Assembly (NCBI GenBank): GCA_965248355.1
Contig: OZ252098.1
Coordinates: 192,001 to 256,000, forward strand
Origin: Candidatus Latescibacterota bacterium
Lineage (GTDB): Bacteria; Latescibacterota; UBA2968; UBA8231
DNA: 64,000 bases
Reading direction: 5' to 3'
Within the stretch, counting starts at the first letter, position 1, and the number at the start of each line of letters is the position of its first letter. Shown one piece after another: positions 37,833 to 46,742 of this stretch. The notes beneath the pieces are model-generated. The model worked only from the letters and a program-made list of their open reading frames with translations, was not told the DNA's origin and ran no database searches. A program made the position numbers and the translations under genes.

Positions 37833-39317
37833 TCAGCCGCCGCCGGACCGCTCTCCCATGCGGCGCAGGAAGGCGCGGGCCTCCTCCTGCAGGGCTGGAT
37901 CGGGGGAGGCGGCGAGCAGGCGTTCGTACGCGGCCGCGGCCTCGGCGCGTCGGCCGTGGCGCTTGTGAAGGCGGGCGAGGCCCAGGTGGGCGGTGGCCAG
38001 GTCGGGGTCGATCTCAAGAGCCAGACGGTAGCAGGCGGCGGCGCTGTCCTCACGTCCGGCGTGGACCCAGAGAGTCCCGAGGTTGAGGGCGGCCTGCGCC
38101 GAGGGTGCGCTGACGGCAAGGGCCCGGCGGAAAGCCGCGGCCGCAGCCTCGGGGTCGCCCTGCTGCAGGCGGACGTTGCCCAGGTTGTTGAGGGCCTCCC
38201 CGTGGTCCGGGTCGAGCGCCAGGGCTCGCTCGAGGGCGGCGGCGCCCTGGGCCAGGTCACCGCGCATCAGGAGCAGGGAGCCGAGGGAGAAGGCCAGGCG
38301 CACGTCTTCGAGCGGGGCCCCCGAGAGCACCTGCAGGGCCCGGAGCGTGTCCCCCCGGTCCCGGTACAGCCGCCCGAGCCGGAGCCGAGCGTCGGCGTGG
38401 CCGGCCTCGTAGGCCAGCACCGCCTCGTACTGGTGCGCCGCCTCCGCCTCCAGGCCGTCCCGCAGGAGCGTGCCGGCCAGCGCCAGGCGGGCCTCCACGT
38501 CGTCGGGCCGGCCGTCGAGGAGCCGGCGCAGCTGCTCGACCTCGCCGGCGCCCTGCCGAAGTCGCTCGAACCGTTCCAACAGTCTCTGGCCGCGCTCTCG
38601 ATCCCCCGAGGCGATCAGGGCGTTGGCCAGGCCGAAGAGGGCCTCGTGGTCCCGAGGGTCCAGTTCCACCGCGCGCTCGAAGGAAGCCGAGGCTCCCTCC
38701 ATGTCGCCGCGGGCCCGCTTGGAGACGGCCAGCAGGCGGTGGCTCGCCGCGTCTACGGGGTTTGCTCTCAAGGCCCGTCCAAGCTCCCTGTTGGCTTCGA
38801 CGTAGCGGCCGAGGCGGACGTACAGCTCTCCGAGGTGCCGGTGGGCGGCCGGGTCGCCGCTGCGGGCGGCCTCCCGGAAGGCCGCCTCGGCGCGCCCGTA
38901 TTCCCCCACCTTCATGCTGAACAGGCCGAGGGTCAGGTGGGAGGCTGCGAATCCGGCGTCGAGGTCGACGGCGCGCTCGAGTGCGGCCACCGCGTCGTCC
39001 AGGCGGCCCAGGTCGGCGAGCACCACGGCGAGGTTGTGGAGGACCTCCACCCGCCCGGGGTCGAGGGACAGGCAGGCCCGGTAGTGGGCCGCGGCGGAGT
39101 CCAGACGACCGAGCCGGGCGTGGACGTTTCCCAGGGCGGCGTGTGCTCGTGGGTCCGCCTCCGAGGCCAGCTCGGCGCGCAGGAGCGCCATGGCCTCGGC
39201 ATAGCGACCCTTCGCCAGATGCTCATCGGCTGCGGTGGCTTCCCCGGACGGTTGCGGTGAGGGGGAGCAGGCCAGGCAGAGCGTCAGCAGAAGGGGGAGG
39301 CTCGATCGTGGATGCAT
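37833..39317 (-). CDS. Tetratricopeptide repeat lipoprotein
   Basis: Lipobox CLAC; many TPR units (A..LDP....NLG). Confidence 0.85.
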   Translation of the reverse strand: MHPRSSLPLLLTLCLACSPSPQPSGEATAADEHLAKGRYAEAMALLRAELASEADPRAHAALGNVHARLGRLDSAAAHYRACLSLDPGRVEVLHNLAVVLADLGRLDDAVAALERAVDLDAGFAASHLTLGLFSMKVGEYGRAEAAFREAARSGDPAAHRHLGELYVRLGRYVEANRELGRALRANPVDAASHRLLAVSKRARGDMEGASASFERAVELDPRDHEALFGLANALIASGDRERGQRLLERFERLRQGAGEVEQLRRLLDGRPDDVEARLALAGTLLRDGLEAEAAHQYEAVLAYEAGHADARLRLGRLYRDRGDTLRALQVLSGAPLEDVRLAFSLGSLLLMRGDLAQGAAALERALALDPDHGEALNNLGNVRLQQGDPEAAAAAFRRALAVSAPSAQAALNLGTLWVHAGREDSAAACYRLALEIDPDLATAHLGLARLHKRHGRRAEAAAAYERLLAASPDPALQEEARAFLRRMGERSGGG

Positions 39318-39524
39318 CGGTGAGACGGAACCTAAGGAGGCGCACCACCAGGGCAAGACACCCCTCTCACAGATGCCCGAGCCCCGGGAGGCCCCTCCGC
39401 GCGGGGCGGCCGTTTGCCGGCCCTCGGGGACGCGCTATCTTACCGCCCGGTCCCCCAATCATCCCGCTCGACTCTGGACAATCGGCTCCCGGCAAGAGGG
39501 TGCCTCCGGCACCGCGACCAAGTG

Positions 39525-40451
39525 ATGAGCGCAGCATGCAAGAGCTCAGCTCCGGCCTTCGGCATCCGAGCCCTCGGCTTGGCCGTTCTCCTGGCGGCGA
39601 CGGCGGCCAGCAGCCATCTGCCCGATGGCCAGGAGATCTCCGCCTTCCAGTTTCCCGAGGGATCGGACCCCGAGGTCGACGGCCTGTTGGCAGACTGGGC
39701 CCTGGCTGGCCCGGCGACCCTGAGGACCGAGGATTTCATCGATCTCGTCGGTGGGGCCGCGGTCGACCCCGAGGATCTCGAGATCCTGGTGTGGGTCGGC
39801 TGGAGCCCGCACACCAATCGCCTCTACATCGCCGCCCAGGTCCGCGACGACAACCACCAGGTCGACCGCCCCGAGGGGACGGCCGCCACCCGCATCTTCC
39901 AGGACGACGACCTTGAGGTCTTCCTCGACGGCGACCACTCGGGCGGCCAATACGCGGACTTCAGTGATCTCAGCGGCAGCGAGCAGCTGCAGCGCAACGG
40001 CGCTCAGGCGAGCCACTTCGTGCTCGCCGGGCCCCACGACGACGGGGACTTCTTCGTGAACTACTCCGCCGCCGCCTGGTACTCCGAGCCCGACGGGGCG
40101 TACACCCGGGCGGCGCTGGCCATCGAGGGCGCCACGGGGGGCCCCGCCGTGGTCCGCTACGAGCTCAGCCTGGCCATCTTCGACGAGATCGACATGACGG
40201 CCGATTTCCTCAGCCGCCGGCGGCGGCTGGCCGAGAACGACGTCATCGGCTTCAACTTGGAGTTCTCCGACTACGACGGCCACTCGGAGTTGCTCGACGC
40301 CAAGTGGTCCCTGTCTGGCGGACACAACGCCTTCCGGCTGGCCGAGCGCTTTTCCGACCTGCGGCTGGAGCCACCGGTTTTCACCCGGGTCCAGCCCTCG
40401 ACCTGGGGCCGAATAAAATCTACATTTGCCTCGCCCCGAACGCTATATTAA
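39525..40451 (+). CDS. Secreted CBM9/DOMON-like protein with C-terminal TWG-x-[IV]-K tail
   Basis: Signal peptide; PEVDGLLADW, LYIAAQVRDD, DDLEVFLDGD, YELSL, IGFNL..SDYD; tail TRVQPSTWGRIK. Confidence 0.7.
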   Translation: MSAACKSSAPAFGIRALGLAVLLAATAASSHLPDGQEISAFQFPEGSDPEVDGLLADWALAGPATLRTEDFIDLVGGAAVDPEDLEILVWVGWSPHTNRLYIAAQVRDDNHQVDRPEGTAATRIFQDDDLEVFLDGDHSGGQYADFSDLSGSEQLQRNGAQASHFVLAGPHDDGDFFVNYSAAAWYSEPDGAYTRAALAIEGATGGPAVVRYELSLAIFDEIDMTADFLSRRRRLAENDVIGFNLEFSDYDGHSELLDAKWSLSGGHNAFRLAERFSDLRLEPPVFTRVQPSTWGRIKSTFASPRTLY

Positions 40452-40458
40452 GCCCCCG

Positions 40459-41211
40459 ATGACTCGATCCCACCGCCTGCGACGCTCGCTCTGGCTCCCG
40501 GCCGTTCTGGGGATGCTGTGTGGCGCGTCCGGCTGCGGTTACTATCATTACGCCGGTCCCCTGCAGCCATCCCTCGAGCAGCCGCCCGGGATGGCCGCAG
40601 ACGAGCGTGGAGTCGTGTTCGCCCAGGAGGAGTTCCGGGTCGAGGTGCGGGCCCTGACCGATGCCGATCTCAATCGCCAGTTTCTCCCCCACTCGACCTC
40701 GGGTCCAAAGTCGACCAATTCCTACACCTTCGGCGACACCCGCTTCTGGGAGGGAGATGCCGAGCGTTCCCGTTTCACCACGTTCCACCTCCGGGTCGTC
40801 AACCATCGCTACCCGAAGGTCAAGATCGATCCGGCGCGCATCGTCCTGCGGGCGGGGGGCGGAACCGAGTACTGGAGCCTCCAGTTGCAGCAACTCGATA
40901 CCTACTACCGGGCCTATGCGACCGGCTTTCGCGGAAACGAGTATGCCCGGTACCAGGAGCGCCTCGATCTGTTGCGGCGGACGCTCTACAAGAATGTGGA
41001 GGTCTTCGTCGGGCAGGAGGCGGAGGGATTCGTGATCTTCCCCGTCCTCCATCACGACGTGAGCGAAGTCGAAGTCGTCATCCACGATGCCGTGTTGCGG
41101 TTCGACTACCGCAACGAGCCCGTGGAGACAGTACGGATCAACGGCCGGTTCGAACGCGACATCGGCCGGATCTTCCGCGATGGTCGCCTCGAGATCGAGG
41201 CGACCGGCTGA
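40459..41211 (+). CDS. Hypothetical lipoprotein
   Basis: Signal peptide ending ASGC; globular beta-rich composition; apparent first gene of the PorV-TPR-ExbBD cluster. Confidence 0.7.
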   Translation: MTRSHRLRRSLWLPAVLGMLCGASGCGYYHYAGPLQPSLEQPPGMAADERGVVFAQEEFRVEVRALTDADLNRQFLPHSTSGPKSTNSYTFGDTRFWEGDAERSRFTTFHLRVVNHRYPKVKIDPARIVLRAGGGTEYWSLQLQQLDTYYRAYATGFRGNEYARYQERLDLLRRTLYKNVEVFVGQEAEGFVIFPVLHHDVSEVEVVIHDAVLRFDYRNEPVETVRINGRFERDIGRIFRDGRLEIEATG

Positions 41212-41264
41212 TGTCCCGCCAGGGCCCGCGGGGAGCGCGGGCGGCCAGCAAGGAGGAGCCCCAA

Positions 41265-42200
41265 ATGGCAAGCAGGATCACCTTCACTCTGTCTATAGTC
41301 ATCGGTCTGGCCCTCGCGTCAGGAGCCGATGCGGTGGTGAACATCCAGAATCTGGGGGCCGGCGCCCGGTCGGCCTCCCTCGGCAACGCCTTCGTGGCGG
41401 TGGCCGACAACGGCGATGCGATGTTCGCCAACCCGGCCGGTCTGGCGACCTTGTCGGGACGTCAGCTGGCCTACACGAACGTGTCGCTGTTGCACTCGGG
41501 TCTCGACGACGACGACCTGGGTCAGCACGTGGTGTCGCTGACGCAGCCGTTGGGCGGGCGCCTGGCGCTGGGCGTGGGCTACGAGCGCATCGGCTCGGAC
41601 CAGATGTCGGAGAACGGCGCGTTTCTGGGGCTGGGCTATCGCCTGAGCCGCGACCTGCATCTGGGTCTGACGGGCAAGTACGTGTTCTGGCAGGTGGCCG
41701 CCTTCGACAGCAACGACCCGGTGTCGGGGCAGAGCGCGGGCTCTGTGGGCGCCGACGTGGGGCTGCTCTGGCGGACGCCTTTCCGGGGGGCGCGGCTGGG
41801 GGTGCAGCTGAAGAACGCGCTGCAGCCGAACGCCACCTGTGACTGTGCGGCCAACGGCGCGTCTCTGGCGTCGGGGGCCGGGGACCTTCCGATGGATCTG
41901 TCGGTGGGTCTGAGCCACCGCCGGGACCAGATGCTGTTGTCGGTTCAGTGGACGGTGCGGGACGTGGGCGGCGACGGTTCGGAGAGCCGTCTGGTGGTGG
42001 GCGGGGAGACGAGCCTGGTGGAGGGCTTGATGCTTCGCGCCGGTGGCAGCCGCATCTTCGAGGAGGACGCCCAGGGCGATCTGAACGCGGGATTGGGCTA
42101 TCGCTGGAAGAAGATGCTGTTCGACTACGGCTACCACATCCCCCTCGACCTGGCCGAGGCCAACGGTTCCCACCGCTTCTCCCTGGCCTGGCAGTTGTAA
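41265..42200 (+). CDS. PorV/PorQ-like (FadL-type) outer-membrane beta-barrel
   Basis: RBS AGGAGGAG; signal peptide; GARSASLGNAFVAVAD...FANPAGLA N-terminal signature; FDYGY...SHRFSLAWQL C-terminal strand. Confidence 0.8.
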   Translation: MASRITFTLSIVIGLALASGADAVVNIQNLGAGARSASLGNAFVAVADNGDAMFANPAGLATLSGRQLAYTNVSLLHSGLDDDDLGQHVVSLTQPLGGRLALGVGYERIGSDQMSENGAFLGLGYRLSRDLHLGLTGKYVFWQVAAFDSNDPVSGQSAGSVGADVGLLWRTPFRGARLGVQLKNALQPNATCDCAANGASLASGAGDLPMDLSVGLSHRRDQMLLSVQWTVRDVGGDGSESRLVVGGETSLVEGLMLRAGGSRIFEEDAQGDLNAGLGYRWKKMLFDYGYHIPLDLAEANGSHRFSLAWQL

Positions 42201-42218
42201 GGAGAGGAGACTCCTTCC

Positions 42219-45200
42219 ATGACGCTCTGGATCGGGCTGATCGCACTGGGACTGGGACTGGGCTCGAGCCTGTTCATCCCGGTGCCGCAAACGCTGAAGA
42301 CGAATTTCGACGCCGGCCAGAGCCTCTATGCTCTGGGCGAGTACGAAGGCGCGATCCTCGAGTACTCGAAGATCGTCAAGTTCGACAGCCGGGCCGTGCG
42401 CACCGACAGCGTGCGCGTCAGCTTCGGTGACGAGCTCGAGCTGCCGGTGATGGCGGCCGCCTGGTACCAGCTGGGCAACGCCCGCATGCGCAGCGGCCAG
42501 CATGAAGAGGCGGTGGACGCCTTCCGCGAGGTCATCGCCATGGAGTCGGTGGATGAGGACTTCCGGTCCCTCGTTCAGTTCCGCGTGGCCGAGACCCGCT
42601 TCCTCCAGAAGGAGTTCGAGAAGGCGGCCGAGGAGTACAAGCGCTACGCCGAGCTCTTCCCCACCTCGGACCTGGCCGGAGAGGCTTACTTCTACTCCGG
42701 CTGGAGCCAGTTCAATCTCGAGCGCTACGACGACGCGATCGGCACGCTTCGGGGCATGCTGGAGGCCTATCCCGGGGACCGCTACGCCTCCGACTCGCAG
42801 TTCCGCATCGCCTCTTCCTACTACGAGAAGGAGCAATACCAGAAGGCCGTTGACGAGGCCGAGATCGTCCTCGAGGCCTACCCCAGCAGCCCCGTCATCG
42901 CCCAGGCCACCTACCTGAAGGCGCAGGCCTTCGACCGGATGGAGCGTAGCGACGAGGCGATCGCCAGCTACCGGGAGGTGCGCGATCTCTACGACCGGAT
43001 GTACGAGTTGCTCCGCGGCTCCTTCCGGGAGGGCAAGAACGTCGACTTCGACAACTACCGGCAGCTGTTCGAGACCTCCTCCCTCCGCGTCGCCGAGATC
43101 TATCGGCGCAACGGCCAGTTCGAGGAGGCCTACCAGGAGTTGATTGCGGCACAGGAGACGGCCGAGGAGCGGTTCTACAAGGCCAAGGTGCAGATGCGCC
43201 TCGGCGACAACTACATGGAGTGGGGCCAGAAGGTTGAGGATCAAGCGCAGAAGCAAGAGCGTTTCGAGGAGGCCTACACCACCTACAACCAGGTGATCGA
43301 GCTCTACGGGGACACGCCGTACCCGCCTATCGCCCAGTACAACAAGGGCGAGGCCCGCTACTTCGCCCGGGACTACGGCGAGGCCCGCCAGGAGTACACC
43401 GCCGTCGCCACCCTCTATCCGGACAGCGAGACGGGCCTTCGGGCGAACGCCTTGTACAGCGCCGGCTGGTCTTCCGAGAAGCTGGACGACTTCGAGGCCG
43501 CCCTCGACATGTACGGCCAGGTGGTGGAGAGCTTTCCGCGCTCCGACCAAGCGCCTCTCTGCCTGTTGCGGATGGGCCGCGTCAACACGGAACAGCAGCG
43601 CTTCGACGAGGCTATCGAGGCCTACCGCATCATCGCGGAGGACTACGGCGAGACCCGCCATGCCGCCGACGCCAACTACGGGCTGGGACTGCTGTACAAG
43701 CAGCGAGGTGAGTTGGACAGCGCCATCGACGCCTTCTCCCGCGTTGGCCGGGAGGCCCGCGAAGTCTACGTGGCTTCCCTGATCGAGGCTGCCAACATCC
43801 ACATCGAGGCCGGCCGTTCCGAAGAGGGCCGCCAGGTCCTCGATCAACTGCTGGCGGGCGTCACCGGTGACCGCGTCCTGGAGGCGCAGGCACACTACCA
43901 GATCGCCCAGCTCGACCTGAACAATGACAACTACCTGGACGCCATCAATCGCTACACCAAGGTCATCGACGAATACCCCGAGTCCGACGTGATCCGGGAG
44001 GTTCGCTACGGCCGCGCTCTGGCGTACCACAAGGCGAATCGGTTCTCCAGGGCCCTGGCCGACTACCAGTGGCTCCTCCATCAGAACCTGCCGGAGAGCA
44101 TGGAGTTGAAGGTCAACTTTGCCATGGCCCTGTCCTTCGCCGCCCAGGGGCAGGATGCGGAGGCCACCGAGCTGTTGACGCAGGTGATCGAATCAGGCGA
44201 CGAGACGCTGGCGCGCAACGCCCAGTTGCAGCTGATCTCCATGGCCGAGAAGCAGGACCCGGAGGACGCCATCCGCACCTATGAGGACATGCTCTCCCGT
44301 CTGACGACGCAGGAGGACAAGGTGCGCGTCCTCATCCGCATGGCCAGCGCCTACTTCCGCCTCGGGCGGTACGAGCAGAGCGTGGCCGCCTCGCAGCAGC
44401 TCCTCGATCTGGCCACCGACGCGGAGGATATCGCCAACGCCTTGTTCGTGCAGGGCAACAGCCACTTCCGAGCCGGCGAGCTGGAGAAGGCCATCCAGAC
44501 TTACCAGACCATCGTCGACAACTACCCGCAGATCGGATGGGCGCGCAACGCTCAGTTCCAGATCGGCGCCGCGTACAACCAGATGTCCGGCGACGGCAAC
44601 GTCCAGTACCTGCCCTACGTGGCCGAGGCCTTCCAGTCGTACTACACGGCCTACGCCGATGACGAGAAGGCCGTCTACGCTTACTACTACAGCGCCTTTG
44701 CCGAGTACCGGATGGGCAAGTGGCGCGAGTCCAGCGAGACTTTCCAGGAGCTGGCCTCGCGCTTTCCGCGCTCGGAGTTCGCCCCCCAGTCCCTGTTCCG
44801 TGCGGGCGAGGCGGTCTTCAACCTGGCCCAGGGAGAGTCCCGGGAGAACAAGAAGGGCGTTTTCCGGGACGCCATGCGCAAGTACGACTCCGTGCTGGGC
44901 CGCTACCCGCGGTCCGACGTGGTCGACGACGCTCTCTACAACAAGGCCTGGGCCATTATCCACTTGTCCGATCTCGGGGAGGAGTACACGAAGGCCGACG
45001 CGCTTCCGTTCTTCGAGCGCATCGTAGCCGAGTATCCGGACGGCGATTTCGGCGCCGCCAGCCAGTTCACGCTGGGCGACTACTACTACGGCGAGAAGGA
45101 GTACGACCTGGCCTCGGCGAGTTACCGGAGATTCCTCGAGCTGTTTCCCGAGCAGCGCCTGAAGGCGAAGGACCGGGCCTTGCGCCGCAAGGCGTCGGTC

Positions 45201-45512
45201 CTCCTCGGCCACCTGTCGGAGATCGAGGCTTACAACGAGTACGCCGCGGGTGAGTCCCTGTTCGACGGCAAGCAGTACGAGGAGGCCATCGAGGTCTTCA
45301 AAGAGGTGATCGAGCGCTTTCCGGAGAGCGACCAGGCGGTCAATGCGGCCGTCAATATCGCCTCGGCGTACATGGCCCTCGAGGAATACCGCAAGGCGGC
45401 CGAGGAGTTCCAGCAGGTCGTCCAGAAATACGGGGGGATACAGCGGTTCTCCCCCCAGGTGGATTTCTCGAGGCAGCAGTTGCAGGCGCTCGAGGAAGCG
45501 CGTGTCCTGTGA
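42219..45512 (+). CDS. Large TPR scaffold protein (1097 aa, BamD/CpoB-type repeats)
   Basis: N-terminal hydrophobic anchor/signal; many helical repeats with YP.S/FP.S turns; RBS AGGAG. Confidence 0.85.
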   Translation: MTLWIGLIALGLGLGSSLFIPVPQTLKTNFDAGQSLYALGEYEGAILEYSKIVKFDSRAVRTDSVRVSFGDELELPVMAAAWYQLGNARMRSGQHEEAVDAFREVIAMESVDEDFRSLVQFRVAETRFLQKEFEKAAEEYKRYAELFPTSDLAGEAYFYSGWSQFNLERYDDAIGTLRGMLEAYPGDRYASDSQFRIASSYYEKEQYQKAVDEAEIVLEAYPSSPVIAQATYLKAQAFDRMERSDEAIASYREVRDLYDRMYELLRGSFREGKNVDFDNYRQLFETSSLRVAEIYRRNGQFEEAYQELIAAQETAEERFYKAKVQMRLGDNYMEWGQKVEDQAQKQERFEEAYTTYNQVIELYGDTPYPPIAQYNKGEARYFARDYGEARQEYTAVATLYPDSETGLRANALYSAGWSSEKLDDFEAALDMYGQVVESFPRSDQAPLCLLRMGRVNTEQQRFDEAIEAYRIIAEDYGETRHAADANYGLGLLYKQRGELDSAIDAFSRVGREAREVYVASLIEAANIHIEAGRSEEGRQVLDQLLAGVTGDRVLEAQAHYQIAQLDLNNDNYLDAINRYTKVIDEYPESDVIREVRYGRALAYHKANRFSRALADYQWLLHQNLPESMELKVNFAMALSFAAQGQDAEATELLTQVIESGDETLARNAQLQLISMAEKQDPEDAIRTYEDMLSRLTTQEDKVRVLIRMASAYFRLGRYEQSVAASQQLLDLATDAEDIANALFVQGNSHFRAGELEKAIQTYQTIVDNYPQIGWARNAQFQIGAAYNQMSGDGNVQYLPYVAEAFQSYYTAYADDEKAVYAYYYSAFAEYRMGKWRESSETFQELASRFPRSEFAPQSLFRAGEAVFNLAQGESRENKKGVFRDAMRKYDSVLGRYPRSDVVDDALYNKAWAIIHLSDLGEEYTKADALPFFERIVAEYPDGDFGAASQFTLGDYYYGEKEYDLASASYRRFLELFPEQRLKAKDRALRRKASVLLGHLSEIEAYNEYAAGESLFDGKQYEEAIEVFKEVIERFPESDQAVNAAVNIASAYMALEEYRKAAEEFQQVVQKYGGIQRFSPQVDFSRQQLQALEEARVL

Positions 45513-45559
45513 CACGGACTTGCATCACCATATGAACCCTTGCTCAGCGATACGGGCAG

Positions 45560-45574
45560 AAAGCTCTGAGCTTT
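45560..45574. promoter_or_regulatory. Perfect palindrome upstream of the exbB RBS (possible operator)
   Basis: AAAGCTC-T-GAGCTTT, 5 nt before AAGGAGG. Confidence 0.35.
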
Positions 45575-45596
45575 AACTCAAGGAGGATCAGCGATC

Positions 45597-46247
45597 ATGC
45601 TGGAGTTTTTCCAAGACGGCGGACCGTTCATGTGGCCCCTTGGCCTGTGGTCCATCATGGCCCTCGGGTTCTTCATCGAGCGCATCGTCACCTATGCGCG
45701 GATGCGCTCCGAGGATGAGTTAGCCGAGGTCACCAACGACGTCACCGGCCGCATCGACTCCGGGGCTTCCTTCGATCAGCTCCAGGAGTACTGCAGGGAG
45801 ATCGGCCGTCTGGAGGGTGACGTCTACGCCGAGGGGATCGAGCGCTTCGGGCACCTCTCCCGCGAGCAGCGCAGCATCGAGGAGATGCGCGCCGAGATGA
45901 ACGGCACGGTAGAGCGTGCCGCGAGCAGCTATCTGGAGCGCTACCTGTCGGTGATCCAGTTCGTGGCCAGCTCGGTCGTGCTCCTCGGCCTGCTGGGAAC
46001 GGTGAACGGAATGATCCGCGCCTTCGAAGGCATCGCCGAGAAGGGACTGGGTGAGCCGACCATCGTCGCCGCCGGCATCTCCGAGGCGCTGATCACGACG
46101 GTGACGGGTCTGGTCATCGCCGTGCCCTCCCTGGCCATCTACACCTACTTTTCCCAGCGCGCCGAGGGCAAGGGGATTCAGTTCGAGCCCTACGGTCATG
46201 GATTCGTAGATGCCCTGCTGCGCCGCTGGCAGGGCCAGACCGTCTAA
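45597..46247 (+). CDS. exbB: MotA/TolQ/ExbB proton channel protein
   Basis: GGPFMWPL, LLGLLGTVNGMIRAF, GISEALITTVTGLVIAVP. Confidence 0.9.
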   Translation: MLEFFQDGGPFMWPLGLWSIMALGFFIERIVTYARMRSEDELAEVTNDVTGRIDSGASFDQLQEYCREIGRLEGDVYAEGIERFGHLSREQRSIEEMRAEMNGTVERAASSYLERYLSVIQFVASSVVLLGLLGTVNGMIRAFEGIAEKGLGEPTIVAAGISEALITTVTGLVIAVPSLAIYTYFSQRAEGKGIQFEPYGHGFVDALLRRWQGQTV

Positions 46248-46269
46248 CCGCGGGTGCGCGGAGGCTGAG

Positions 46270-46677
46270 ATGGCACAGGAAAAGAGGCGCTACGACGAGA
46301 AGCCGGACCTCACGCCGATGATCGACGTGGTGTTCCAGTTGCTGATCTTCTTCATGGTAACGGCGGTCTTCGCCATCACGCCCGGTCTCGACATCAAGCT
46401 GCCGGAGGCGGAGGAGGCCCAGGCGCCCGAGAAGGAGAACCTGTTCATCGTCGTCGATCAGGACGGCAACATGAAACTGAATCACCAGACGGTGACTTTC
46501 GCCAACCTGAAGGACCGGATCCAGGAGAAGCGCCAGATCCTGGACAACACGACGATGATCATCATACAAGGGGACGAGCGCGCCACCCACGGCCAGATCG
46601 TGCAGATCATGGATATCGCGCGCCAAGTGGGGGTGGTCGACCAGATCATCGCCACCGAGCCGCAACGAGGGAAGTAG
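46270..46677 (+). CDS. exbD: ExbD/TolR biopolymer transport protein
   Basis: LTPMIDVVFQLLIFFMV (conserved TM Asp), IKLP, IIQGD. Confidence 0.92.
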   Translation: MAQEKRRYDEKPDLTPMIDVVFQLLIFFMVTAVFAITPGLDIKLPEAEEAQAPEKENLFIVVDQDGNMKLNHQTVTFANLKDRIQEKRQILDNTTMIIIQGDERATHGQIVQIMDIARQVGVVDQIIATEPQRGK

Positions 46678-46688
46678 CCGCCGCCAAC

Positions 46689-46713
46689 GCCCCTCCGGCC
46701 TGGCCGGAGGGGC
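46689..46713. other. Strong intergenic hairpin between exbD and the DUF4159 gene
   Basis: Perfect inverted repeat GCCCCTCCGGCC-T-GGCCGGAGGGGC; no U-tract. Confidence 0.6.
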
Positions 46714-46742
46714 TCCGTTGAACCAGGCACGGGGAACGGAAA

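Noticed and set aside
41319-44081. 920 aa antisense ORF, and similar ones (5934-8522, 26030-28759, 55193-57694, 58582-61287)
   Set aside because: Antisense shadows of well-supported genes, caused by codon bias; no motifs
45597-46677. Canonical Tol-Pal operon given the TolB-like proteins
   Set aside because: No tolA or pal; the PD40 proteins are lipoproteins lacking the TolB N-terminal domain and lie elsewhere
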